Assembly (NCBI GenBank): GCA_963829765.1
Contig: CAWHKI010000160.1
Span: 26,997-90,996 of the forward strand
Source: an uncultured Isosphaeraceae bacterium
Lineage (GTDB): Bacteria; Planctomycetota; Planctomycetia; Isosphaerales; Isosphaeraceae
DNA length: 64,000 nt
Direction: 5' to 3'
Part shown: in pieces, positions 19,226-29,883 of the stretch
How the letters are laid out: the number at the start of each line of letters is the position of its first letter
Numbering within the stretch: position 1 is the stretch's first letter
Position numbers and translations under genes: made by a program
Notes under the pieces: generated by a model
What the model was told of the DNA's origin: nothing
Databases searched by the model: none
The model's input: only the letters and a program-made list of their open reading frames with translations

Positions 19226-20034
19226 TTGCCACGATTTGACCGACTGGAGTTCGACGAACAGCCCGACGTACCACCGGATCCGACAGGTCCCGGAATGCCT
19301 TCGGAAGAGACCGAACGGGACGCGGACGCGGTGGCTGCGCAAGGCGGGTGACCACCGCCGACGCGGGCTCTACGAGAACTCGCTGCGGTATTACTCACGG
19401 GCGCTCGAATTCGACAAGTCGCTCGTTTCCGGCTGGCTGGGACAGGTGCAGATGCTCGTCTTGCTCGGCGAATATCCCGAGGCCGAGCTGTGGGCGAAGA
19501 AATCGCTCGAACTGTTCCATCGTCATGGCGACCTCATCGCCGGCCGCGCCCAGGCGCTCAACCGGATCGGCGACCGGAGCACGGCATTCGAGCTGGCGGA
19601 CGCGGCCCTGCGACGAGAAGGGAGCTCGGCATATCGCTGGATGGTGCGCGGCGAGCTGCTGGCGTCGACTCGCGATGAGATCGATCGCCACTGCTTCGAC
19701 AAGGCCATTCAGGCCGATAGCGATTGGCTTGTGCCGCTGGAGAGCGCGCTCATTTACCTATACCATCGAGCAGCCGAGCAAGGCCCTTCTCCGCGCCCGT
19801 CAGGCCGTCGAGAAAGCGCCCGATCGCTTTTACACCTGGTTGATCCAGGGACAATGTGAACAGTCGCTCGGTTTCGACCGGCAAGCAAAAAACAGTTACG
19901 AGCGCTGCCTGGAGCTGTCGCCACGCCATGTCGAGGCAAACCACAGGCTGGCGGAGGTCACCAACCAGGGCTGGTCGCTGTCGAAGAGACTCAGGCGCTT
20001 GATCGGCCGCTCAATGGGCAACGAACCGAACTAA
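19226..20034 (+). CDS. TPR-like protein (2 frame breaks near 19330 and 19760)
   Basis: A TTG start at 19226 follows GGGAG. The protein joins LPRFDRLEFDEQPDVPPD, then WLRKAGDHRRRGLYENSLRYYSRALEFDKSLVSGWLGQVQMLVLLGEYPEAELWAKKSLEL, then LLRARQAVEKAPDRFYTWLIQGQCEQSLGFDRQAKNSYERCLELSPRHVEANHRLAEV. Confidence 0.5.
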
Positions 20035-20055
20035 CCTTGCCCGGAGGCATGACTC

Positions 20056-21133
20056 GTGTTCTGGACGCTCGACAAGATCTTGAAAGGGGCGCGCAAGTTC
20101 GGAGCTAGCGACGTGCACCTAATCCGCGGTCTCGCGCCCGCCCTTCGCATCAACGGAGAGATTCGCGTGATCGAAGGCGAGGCCCTCGACGAAACATCGC
20201 TGCGCACCATGATTGATGGCCTCATGAACGAGAAGCACCGCGAGATTTTCGCGCGAATGGCAGCTTTGTTTCTCGCGGCACTGGGAGAACGTCGGGCGTT
20301 TTCGCGCGAGCGTCTATTTGCATGCCGGCGTGCCCGAGATGGCGATCCGGCTCTGCGAGACCTCGGTCCGGGGTCGCGAGGACCTCGGGCTTCCCCCCGT
20401 GATCGACGAATTCGCCCGGCTGCCCAACGGATTGATCCTTGTCACCGGCGCGACTGGCAACGGCAAGACGACCACGCTCAACTACCTTGTCGACTTGATC
20501 AATCGCAGCCGTAGGGCCAAGATCGTGACCATCGAAGACCCCGTCGAGTATGTGCACCACAACCAAAACAGCATCGTCGTTCAGCAAGAAGTCTTCACCG
20601 ATGTGCCCTCGTTCCGACAGGCATTGACGCACGTTCTGCGCCAGGACCCGGATGTCGTAGTGATCGGCGAGATGCGCGACCTCGAAACGGTCGCGACCGC
20701 GCTCACCGCCGCGGAGACCGGCCACCTGGTGCTCGCCACGCTCCATACCCCCGACGCCGTGCAGACGATCCAGCGGATCTTCAGCGTGTTCCCGCACGAG
20801 CAGCAAAATAACATCATGTACCAGCTTGCCAACACGCTCCAGGCCGTGCTGGCCCAGCGCCTGCTGCCGCGGGCCGACGGTCGCGGATTGGTGCTGGCGT
20901 GCGAGGTCTGCATCGCCACGCCGGCGGTGCGCAAGCGCATCCGCGAAGGGGAGCCCCACCTGCTCTTCAGTGAGATGCAGATGGGCCGAAAACACCAGAT
21001 GCAGACCCTCGACGGGTCACTTCTGGAATTCTACCAGCGCGGCGATATAAGCTATGATGTCGCGATCTCGAACGCGCGCGAGCCGGATTCCATCCGCCAG
21101 CGGTCGACCGGCGTCCCACGGGGGAACGCCTGA
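20056..21133 (+). CDS. pilT: PilT-family type IV pilus retraction-type ATPase (one frame break ~20255-20320)
   Basis: ASDVHLIRGLAPALRINGEI, Walker A GATGNGKTTT, Walker B VVVIGEMRD, and LTAAETGHLVLATLHT. Confidence 0.85.
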
Positions 21134-21195
21134 GCGACGAACGCCGAGCGGTCACGGGACGGCAACGGCCAAGTCTCGCAACCCGGAGCCTGAAA

Positions 21196-22803
21196 ATGAT
21201 GACAGACAAGATCGATCGCCGTCTCGCCTTGAAGCGCCTGGCGCTAACAAGCACGACGGCGGCTGCGGCATCGGCCCCAGCCGGGCTGGCCGGGGCATTC
21301 CGGGGAAAGCCGGCCGATCCGTCCGTCACCGTCTTGCTGGACGAGCCGATCGGAACCATCCGGCCCGAACTTTACAGCCAGTTTGCCGAGCACATCGGCG
21401 GCGTCATCTACGACGGCATTTGGGTCGGTCCCGATTCCAAGGTCCCCAATGTCGACGGCATCCGGCTCGCCTTGATCGAGCACGTCCGCCAGCTCGGGCC
21501 CGTTGTCGTGCGCTGGCCGGGGGGCTGCTTCGCCGATAAGTATCACTGGCGAGACGGTATTGGCCCGCGCGGTAAGCGGCCCCGCCGCTTCGGCCGCTGG
21601 CGCGAGGAAACAGAGACCAACCAATTCGGCTCCCATGAGTTCCTGCGATTCTGCCGGCTCTGCGGCGCGGAGCCTTATTTCGCCGCCAACGTCGGCAGCG
21701 GCTCGCCGGAAGAATTTCAGCAGTGGGTCGAATACTGCAACGCGCCGGCCGGATCGACGACCCTGGCCGACGAACGCGCGGCCAACGGCCAGCGCGAGCC
21801 GTTCGGCGTGCGTTACTGGGGCGTCGGCAATGAAAGCTGGGGCTGCGGCGGCAATTTCATCCCCGAAGATTATTGCCGCGAATACCGCCGGTTTACCGAG
21901 TGGCTGCCAAAATATGGCGTTTCTCTCTACTTAATCGCCGCCGGTCCCAATGGCAACAACATCGAGTGGACCAAACGCTTCTTCGCCCGCTGGGCCGACG
22001 GCGCCCGCGCCCCGATCCACGGCTGGGCACCACACTACTACTGCCGAACGCCCGGGCACGCGCTCCAGTTCAACCACGACCAATGGTACGAACAGCTTCA
22101 CAAAGCCGACCAAATGGAGACGCTCGTCAAGGATCAGTGGAACACGCTCGCCGAGTTTGACCCCCAACACAAAATCAAGCTGGTCATCGACGAATGGGGA
22201 AGCTGGCATCCCGAAGGCACCGAGATCAACAAGAGGCACCTGTTTGAACAGATGAGCACGCTACGCGACGCGCTCGTGGCGGCGCTCACGCTCGACACTT
22301 TCAACCGGCACGCCGAGAAAATCGACATGGCCAACGTCGCGCAGCTCATCAACAACTTGCACTCGCTGTTTCTGGCCGACGGCGACCGCTTCGTGGCGAC
22401 TCCCAATTTTCACGTTTACACCATGTACCGGCCTCATCAGGGCGGCAAGGGCGTGCGGATCGCGGTCGAAGCGCCTGACGTGGTCTTCAAAGCGGGCGGC
22501 CGAGAACAGAAGATCTTTCGCGTGGCGGGCTCGGCCTCGCGGGCCGGCTCGAAGGATGCGACTCTCACGCTGGTGCATACCCACGCGACCGAGCCGGCCG
22601 AGGTCTTGATCCGCCTGCGCGGCGGTTCGGCCAGCCAGGTCCGCCAGACGGTCCTCACGCACGCCCAGTTAAACGCCCATAATACATTCGATGCCCCGAA
22701 CACCCTGGTGCCGCATGCGACAAACATCGCCGCTCGCGGGGCCGAGCTGAAGTGCGTGTTGCCCCCGGCCTCCGTCAATCGGTTCGACATCCGGCTTGGC
22801 TAA
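21196..22803 (+). CDS. abfA: GH51 alpha-L-arabinofuranosidase with Tat-type signal
   Basis: RRLALKRLALTSTTAAAASAPAGLAGA is the signal. RWPGGCFADKYHWRDGIGP, ETNQFGSHEFLRFC and YWGVGNESWGCGG are GH51 hallmarks. Intact 535-aa ORF. Confidence 0.85.
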   Translation: MMTDKIDRRLALKRLALTSTTAAAASAPAGLAGAFRGKPADPSVTVLLDEPIGTIRPELYSQFAEHIGGVIYDGIWVGPDSKVPNVDGIRLALIEHVRQLGPVVVRWPGGCFADKYHWRDGIGPRGKRPRRFGRWREETETNQFGSHEFLRFCRLCGAEPYFAANVGSGSPEEFQQWVEYCNAPAGSTTLADERAANGQREPFGVRYWGVGNESWGCGGNFIPEDYCREYRRFTEWLPKYGVSLYLIAAGPNGNNIEWTKRFFARWADGARAPIHGWAPHYYCRTPGHALQFNHDQWYEQLHKADQMETLVKDQWNTLAEFDPQHKIKLVIDEWGSWHPEGTEINKRHLFEQMSTLRDALVAALTLDTFNRHAEKIDMANVAQLINNLHSLFLADGDRFVATPNFHVYTMYRPHQGGKGVRIAVEAPDVVFKAGGREQKIFRVAGSASRAGSKDATLTLVHTHATEPAEVLIRLRGGSASQVRQTVLTHAQLNAHNTFDAPNTLVPHATNIAARGAELKCVLPPASVNRFDIRLG

Positions 22804-22960
22804 GCGGGCGTGATAACGAAAGCCTCTTGCGGGAAGAGAGGGATCGCGAGACCGCCGATCTCCGAGCTCGCGGACTCGATCGCCCGCCGTTTGTGCCGGC
22901 TGACTATGTCGAAGGGACATGAGAATCTACCTGTACGGTTTGACGGCGATCCGACTAATC

Positions 22961-23368
22961 CTAGTGCTGACGCTTTGGTTTCTTCTTCCGGCCGAAGAGG
23001 GTCGACAAAGGGACGCGGAACCCGGGGAGAACTCCTTCACCGTCGAGCTCGTCGCCGAGCTGGAGGATACGAACGGTTGTCGCTGAGTCGTAGACGTAGA
23101 TCTTGCTCGTGGCGGGATAGATAACCCAGACGAGGGTCACTCCGGCTTTGAAGTACTCGTCGATCTTCCGGGGAACCGCGTTGGCTGAGTTGGTTTTGCT
23201 GATGACCTCGACCGTCAAGTCGGGAACGACGTGCCACGACTCTGTATATCTACAAAGTGACTTGCGGTGGCCATGGCGAGTGTCCTCGGTTTGTTTCCTT
23301 TGCTCCCACACCGATTCTACCATTGCCGTTGGTCGATCACTGCCACGACTACCCGGCAATTGCCTCAT
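22961..23368 (-). pseudogene. Uma2-family (DUF820) endonuclease, N-terminally truncated
   Basis: VPDLTVEVISKTNSANAVPRKIDEYFKAGVTLVWVIYPATSKIYVY...VLPGFRVPLSTLF is the C-terminal two thirds of Uma2. Only ~45 aa precede the PD.(D/E)V motif, and the ORF start overlaps the upstream gene. Confidence 0.55.
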
Positions 23369-24059
23369 AAGTCGCCTCGAGCAAGAGCCACATCTCCAGG
23401 CGCTGAAGCCGGCGCGCCAGGGCTTCGTTGGGGGTACCCGGCCGTGCCTGGGTGCACAGATCGATCATGGCCGTCGCATTCCAGATGCCGCCGGGAAGCA
23501 AACGCCCGGCAATCTGCGAGTCACCGTGTCGATCGAGAAAGGGGCGGGCCTCCTCGGCGAGCGGTTTGAAGATCGAATGCTTGCCGACTCTACGAAACCA
23601 GTAGGCCGCATTGGCGGCGTCGGGCTCGCGGCGATGGGCGATGCCGTGCCAGTAGGCCGAGCACGCCTGTTCTCCCTGGTCGTCGGCCTGCTGGGCGGCC
23701 TCGTGGCTGGCATCCCAGAAGTCGTGGATCTGGAGGAGGCCCGCGGCAAGGCAAAGCCTCGCACGGTGAGGCGCACCGGGAAAGACCGCCACCCAGGCCG
23801 GCTCGGTCAAGGAACGCAAGAGCGCCGTGCAGTCGCGGTTTGGCCTGAACCAAGGTCGGGCCCATCGAGTCGTGATCTCCCAGAGCGGCTTCCGCGAGGG
23901 CGGCGATCAGGTCGGCGGGGGTCAGCCCCCTTGCCCGATCAGCTTGGTGGGCGAATCGGGCCCCGCCAGTCGCGCCACGACCTCGGTCACTGGTGTTCTA
24001 TTAACGCACGCGCTGGCAGACCCCTCTCCGATCGCCAGCCGATCCCGAAGCACCCCCAT
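23349..24059 (-). CDS. conserved hypothetical protein (2 frame breaks)
   Basis: MGVLRDRLAIGEG starts at 24059, followed by LTPADLIAALAEAALGDHDSMGPTLVQAK and then ORF 23349..23819 (LQIHDFWDASHEAAQ...YWHGIAHRREPDAANAAYWFRRVGKH). Confidence 0.5.
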
Positions 24060-24146
24060 GGAACGACCTTTCCCATCGAAGTGACGCCCCCGCGGCTCGT
24101 CGGGCCCAGGATCGCTGGAACGACGACCATGACCGTCGGTAGGATT

Positions 24147-26146
24147 TCACCCCGTGAACAATCTGAAGACGTCTTGATATGTGGCGAATACCATTAACGA
24201 AAGAACCAAGATGAGTCCGACGTACGTTCCCGCGATCAATGCCGAATCGGGCAGCGGCCGGCCCCGAACTTTTTCGGCGATCAGGAAAACCATCTGGCCG
24301 CCGTCTAAGGGGGGGATCGGTAGAAAATTGAGGACGGATAAATTCACGCTCAGTATGCCCAGAAAGTAAATCAGGTTGGCGATGCTCGAGCTCGCCGCCG
24401 AGTAGGCCGCCCCGGCGATCATGATCGGACCGCCAAGCTGCTTGGGGCTGACTTGCATCTGGGCCAGGCTGCGGAAAATTGCGTACACCATCGTGATATT
24501 CTCGATCGTTTCTTCGTATCCGCTCTGGATGGCCGCCGCCAGGCCCTCTGGGGGCAGTGTGTGTAGGTGCGGCTGGAAAATCAGTCCGCGCGTGGGGTTG
24601 GGCCAGGCGTGATCGATTTTGGGCGTGATCTTGATCGGCCGCGGCGCGTTGTTGACCGTCAGCTCGATTTCCTTAATGGGCGTATATTGTGAATTGATGA
24701 ATACCGAAAACCATCCGGGCGATTCCGGCTCGAGGTCGATCGTTCGGTCAGCCTTGTCCCAGCCCACAAGAGAGCGGAACCATGCGAAAAAGCCGGTCGT
24801 CTTGACCGGCGGCATGATCAGCTCGTTGATCACGTCGCCCGCTTTGAGGCCGGCCTGGGCCGCGGGCGAGCCGGGCGCGACGGCGGCGACGCGGGCGCGG
24901 ATGGGATAGCACATACCGAGGCCCGCCACATCGACCGCTTCGCCCCTGAGGGCCAGCTTCGTTCGAGGAGGCGTGTCGTCGGGAGTCACGGTCAGAGTTT
25001 CGGTGATCCGCTTGCCGGCCCCCGCATACCGCTCGACCTCGAAAGTCATCGGCTTGCCGGCTTTCGCGAAGCAGAGACCGGGCAAACGGATCGGGTCAAG
25101 ACCGGCGTCACCGTCGACCTTGACGATTCGGTCTCCTTTGCGAAAACCAGCCGCTTCCGCCGGGGAACCTTTGCGAATGCCATTGATCGGGTCAAACTCC
25201 ATGCGGAGGCCGAAGTCGACAAAATGGTTGGGCGGGAGAGTCAGCTCGAACCGCTCGGGGGCCGGGCTCGCGGCAGCGGAGGGCGAGAGCGACCTGCGTT
25301 CGATCAGGTGCTTGATCGGCTGGTCGGCATATTTGGCGAGCAGACGATCGTAGTCGAAGATGGTATTCAAGCGAACCGGTTCGGTTCCGACGGGACCGGC
25401 GGCGACCAGGACGTCGACTTTCGACGCCCGCTCGTTGGCTTTGAGCTGCGTGATAATCAGTCGGTGCCTGTTCCATTCCCGGGGGCGGCGCGGAAGGCGA
25501 TGAGTTTCAGGCTGTCGCTGTTGACAATTCCGATTGTCGGGCGCGTCGGCAGTGGCTTCACGACGCGGCTGCACGTCGATTGGGATCAGGCCCTCCACTC
25601 CGGGCGCCTGATCCGCATATGAAGAACCTGTCCTTTCGAGCTGAGTAAAGTGTCTTTTTCTCAGCTCGGTGAATCCCGTGCACTGGTCGATCGTCGATCG
25701 CGACGACCTCGTCGCCGCCGCGCAAGCCGGCCTCGTAGGCGACCGAACCCGCGCTGACCGCTCCCAGCACCGCGGAAAGCTCGTCGCGCTCGCTCATGTA
25801 CCCGTAAGTAAAGCAGCCGAGCGCGAGCAACAGGTTCATGATCACTCCGGCCGAGATGATCGCCATGCGAGCGCTCACCGACTTGTTGGGGTAAGCGCGG
25901 GGATCGGTTGACTTGCTCTCTTGCTGGATCGGTGCCTTCGCCGAGCATTTTGACGAAGCCCCCCAGGGGGAGTGCCGCCAGCACGTATTCGGTCTCCCCC
26001 CGCCGCCAGCCGAAGAGCGTCGGCCCGAATCCGATCGAAAACTTTTCGACCTTGACCCCATTCCACTTGGCCAGTAGGAAATGGCCCAGTTCATGGATGA
26101 AAATGACAAAGCCCAGACCCAGGGCGACCTTGGCGATGTTCGAAGA
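24147..26146 (-). CDS. rseP: RIP site-2 zinc metalloprotease RseP (M50) with PDZ domains, several frame breaks; start codon not found
   Basis: [27 protein letters not shown] is the HExxH motif. [16 protein letters not shown]-like [13 protein letters not shown] / [13 protein letters not shown] / [11 protein letters not shown], and the C-terminal [15 protein letters not shown] are also present. Confidence 0.8.
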
Positions 26147-26152
26147 CTAAAT

Positions 26153-27325
26153 TCAGGTTTTCCAACGATCAACCTCCCGTCGTGCCCAGGCGTCGACGTT
26201 CCACAGCGAGTCGAGCGTGGGCCGCGGATCAAACGTATGATGATCAAGAGCAGAACGACATACCCGCGATATGTCGAGAAAACCGATTTCTCCTTTGAGG
26301 AACCGCGCGACGGCGGCCTCGTTGGCGGCGTTCAAGCGCCGCCCCGGCCGTCCCTCCTTTCCTCATTACTTCATATCCTAAATCCAAACAGGGAAACGTC
26401 TCCCGGTCGGGCGGCTCGAAGTGGAGGGAAAAAGACTGTCCCAAGTCAATCCGCTCTCCGGGCCCTGGCGTTCGCGACGGATAGGTCAGGGCGTATTGGA
26501 TGGGCAATCTCATGTCGGGCGGTGAGAGCTGCGCGATGACGCTGCCATCCACAAACTCGACCATTGAATGTACCACGCTTTCGGGATGGATCACAACCTC
26601 CAGTTGCTCGGGCTCGAGCTGGAACAGCCAGCGAGCTTCGATCAATTCGAGTGCCTTGTTCATCAGCGTGGCCGAGTCGATCGTGATCTTGGGGCCCATC
26701 CGCCAGGTGGGGTGCTTCAGTGCGTCTTGCCGGCGAGACGCTCGTCAATTCCTGGCGAGTGCGCCCCCGAAATGGGCCGCCGGAAGAGGTCAAAATGACG
26801 CGGCGGACATCGGCTCGCGCACCGGCCTTCAGCGCCTGGAAGATGGCGGAGTGCTCGCTGTCAACCGGCAAGATCCGCGTTCCGCGCGCACGGGCCAGCT
26901 CCATAATGAGAGGACCGGCGACGACCAACGTCTCTTTATTGGCCAAGGCGACGATCTTGCCGGCTTCCAGGGCCGCCCATGTCCCGCTCAATCCGACCGC
27001 GCCGACGATCGCGCTCAAGACACGGTCGGTCCGCGGGTCCTCGACCATCCGGATGATGCCGTCGAGGCCCGCCAGAACTTCGATGCCCGTGCCACGCAGC
27101 TCAGACGCCGCCAGCGGAGCCAGCTCGCGATCCGCCACGGTCACGAATCTCGGCCGATGCGCCACGGCCTGTTCCGCCATCATTTTCCAGCGGGCACGAG
27201 TGCTCAGGCCCCATGCCCTCAGCCTCGCGCCGCCGTCATGCTCGATCACGCTCATGCGCGCTCGTGCCGATCGAGCCCGTCGAGCCGAGGATCACGACGT
27301 GAGTGAGTGAATCGCTACGCTCCAT
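26153..27325 (-). CDS. dxr: 1-deoxy-D-xylulose-5-phosphate reductoisomerase (at least 3 frame breaks)
   Basis: [20 protein letters not shown] (NADPH site), [52 protein letters not shown], and [12 protein letters not shown]. The pieces lie in ORFs 26153..26335, 26244..26699 and 26446..27255 plus the 5' piece. Confidence 0.85.
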
Positions 27326-27749
27326 CCGCATTTCCAGTTCCGCGCGGCCGTCTTTTGACGCCGCAATAGACACTGACTAGATACTCTGCTCGCCCATAAT
27401 CTTATCGAAATCACGGCTTGCGTAGAAGGCGAGCAACTTTTTAATGCATGCGCGGCAGCCCGAGCCGGCAATCCAACAGGGAGAGATTCGAACGCCCGGC
27501 TCGCCGCCACGTACCGAAATCCTCCCTCGACCACATAACTAGCTTCGTGACTCCGGGGTTGAAAAGGAGTGTGATAAGCGGATCTAATCGAAGAGTACAA
27601 AAGCTGCCCGCGCAGAGCGGACCGAATCGGCTTGAGCCGCGCAGATTGAAGCCCGCGCCTGATCGTGGTCAATATGCGATACTCAGCGCCGAACACCACC
27701 CGACAGAAAGCGAAGACAAGCGGATCGATCCTGCTTGCTCCGCGAGCGA

Positions 27750-27839
27750 CAACACCAACCCGACGCGCCAGCGAGGGGACGTATTCCGCCGCCGCGAGTC
27801 ACTCGCGGCAACCCTCGCTGGCGCTTCGGGTTAGTGTTG
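27750..27839. repeat. large imperfect palindrome (28-nt arms) with nested hairpin
   Basis: caacaccaacccgacgcgccagcgaggg (27750-27777) pairs with ccctcgctggcgcttcgggttagtgttg (27812-27839), with 2 mismatches. The loop contains ccgcgag-tca-ctcgcgg. Confidence 0.8.
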
Positions 27840-27906
27840 CCTCGGCGGCGGACTGAGGTGGCGTTCGGTGAAGAGTGCCGATTATGCGTGCTAACCGAGG
27901 AGACTA

Positions 27907-29868
27907 ATGGCCACGCCAACGACAAAGCCACGCGTTCGATTCTTGGCGTTTCGGCGCTGGCTCAGTGCCTTGGCGGGCCTCTTAATCGGCCTGGTGGGCC
28001 TCGCCGGCACGATCGTCGCTCATGATGCACCACCACAAAAGCCGATCGACTTCGCTCACGACGTCGCTCTGCTCATCAAGCAGCACTGCGCCAAGTGCCA
28101 CACCGATGGCACCTATAAAGGGTCGTTTTCGCTCGATACTCGCGAGACGATGCTCAAGTCAAAAGCGGTCGCGCCGGGGAAAAGCGGCCAGAGCGAGCTG
28201 ATCGAGCGAATTACGTCCGCCGATCCTGAGTTTCGCATGCCACCCAAGGGGCCGCGGCTCGCGGCGGGCGAGGTCGCCCGCCTCACGGCGTGGATCGATC
28301 AGGGCGACTCCCTGGGAGGCCGGGTTCACGTTCAAGCGGCCTGGCTACACGGCCCCGCTCAAGCTTCGTCGCCCCAAGCCGCCCGCCGCGCATGACGGCC
28401 GCGACCATCCGATCGATCGCTTCGTCGACGCTTATTTGAGTAAGCGCGGTGTTTCGCCGGCCCCACTACTGGACGACGCGGCGTTCGCCGCGGGCCTTTC
28501 TCGACGTCATCGGCCTGCCGCCGCCGCCGCGAGAGCTGGAAGCGTTCGAGAAAGACGCGGCGACTGACAAGCGCGCGCGGCTGGCCCGCCGGTTGCTCGA
28601 TGATCGCCGGGCCTACGCCGATCATTGGCTGAGCTTTTGGAACGACCTGCTGCGCAACGACTACGTGGGCACCGGTTACATCGACGGCGGTCGCAAGCCG
28701 ATCACCGCCTGGCTTTATCGGGCCCTGATCGATGACGTGCCCTACGATCGGTTCGTCCGCGAGCTGATCAGCCCGTCGTCGGAATCGGAAGGGTTCATCA
28801 AGGGAATCAAGTGGCGAGGGCGGGTGAACGCCAGCCAGGTGAGGGAGATCCAGTTCTCGCAAAACGTCTCGCAGGTGTTTTTCGGAATCAATATGAAGTG
28901 CGCTTCCTGCCACGATAGTTTTATCGACCGCTGGAAGCTGGCCGATGCTTATGGCCTCGCGGCCGTGATCGCCGAGGGGCCGCTGGAAATCGCTCGGTGC
29001 GATAAGCCAACGGGCCAAATCGCCCAGCCTAAGTTCCCCTGGCCCGAGCTGGGAACGATCGACGCCAAGCAGCCTCGCGACAAGCGATTGGAGCGGCTGG
29101 CCGGGCTGGTGACCCACCCGGATAACGGCCGGTTCCCGCGGACGATCGCCAACCGGATCTGGCAGCGGCTGATGGGGCGCGGGATCGTGCACCCGGTCGA
29201 TGTGATGGCCAACGAGCCCTGGAGCGAAGAACTGCTGGAATACCTGGCGACCTACCTGATCGAGCATCATTACAGCCTCAAGGCACTCGATCGAACACAT
29301 CGTCGACTCGAGGACGTACCAGTCGAGCCCGGCCGCCGTCTCGGAAGGAGAATCGGCCGACGGCTACATTTTCCGCGGGCCGGTGATCAAGCGAATGACG
29401 GCCGAGCAATACGTTGACGCCGTCTGGTTTGTCACGGGCACCGCCCCGGCCAAAGCCGACGCGTCGGTTCAGCCGCCGTGCGAGGCGACGGCGCCGGAGC
29501 ACCGATTCGCTCGGGCGGCGCTGATGAAATCCGACAAACTGATGCGGTCGCTGGGCCGCCCTAACCGCGAACAAGTGGTGACCACGCGAAGCGACGTATT
29601 GACCACTTTGGAGGCCCTCGACCTGTCGAATGGCGAGGTTTTCAACGACATCCTCGCCCGCGGCGCGGCCGGCCTGCTCAAAGCGATGCCGACGGCCACG
29701 GCCGAGCAGTTGGCCGACACGATTTACCTGCGGGCTCTTGGGCACCATCACACCCCGGGCGAGCTGGCGGTCGCGCGCGAGCTGATCGGTTCGCCCCCGA
29801 AGCCGGAGGGGGTGGCCGACTTCCTTTGGGTGGTCTTGGTGCTGCCCGAGTTCCAACTGATCCGTTAG
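27907..29868 (+). CDS. PSCyt (planctomycete cytochrome c) / DUF1549 / DUF1553 protein (3 frame breaks)
   Basis: Haem motif CAKCH, then ELIERITSADPEFRMPP, DHPIDRFVDAYL, RRAFLDVIGLPPPPRELEAFEKD, HWLSFWNDLLRND, MKCASCHDSFIDRW, PRTIANRIWQRLMGRGIV, TLEALDLSNGE, and the C-terminal FLWVVLVLPEFQLIR. Confidence 0.8.
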
Positions 29869-29883
29869 AGGAGGCGAAGCAAG

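Noticed and set aside
24147-27325. Interpreting the broken rseP and dxr genes as genuine pseudogenes.
   Set aside because: Both are normally essential and all motifs are conserved across the breaks. Sequencing indels are the simpler explanation, so they are annotated as CDS.
27466-27500. A gagattcgaacgcc string resembling a reverse-strand tRNA T-arm (possible tRNA or tmRNA).
   Set aside because: The T-stem would have a mismatch. No complementary acceptor 5' strand, anticodon arm or CCA-proximal structure could be built around it.
27292-27699. ORF 27292..27699 - (135 aa) upstream of dxr.
   Set aside because: It overlaps the dxr start, its composition is unlike neighbouring genes, and it has no motifs. 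The region is treated as intergenic.
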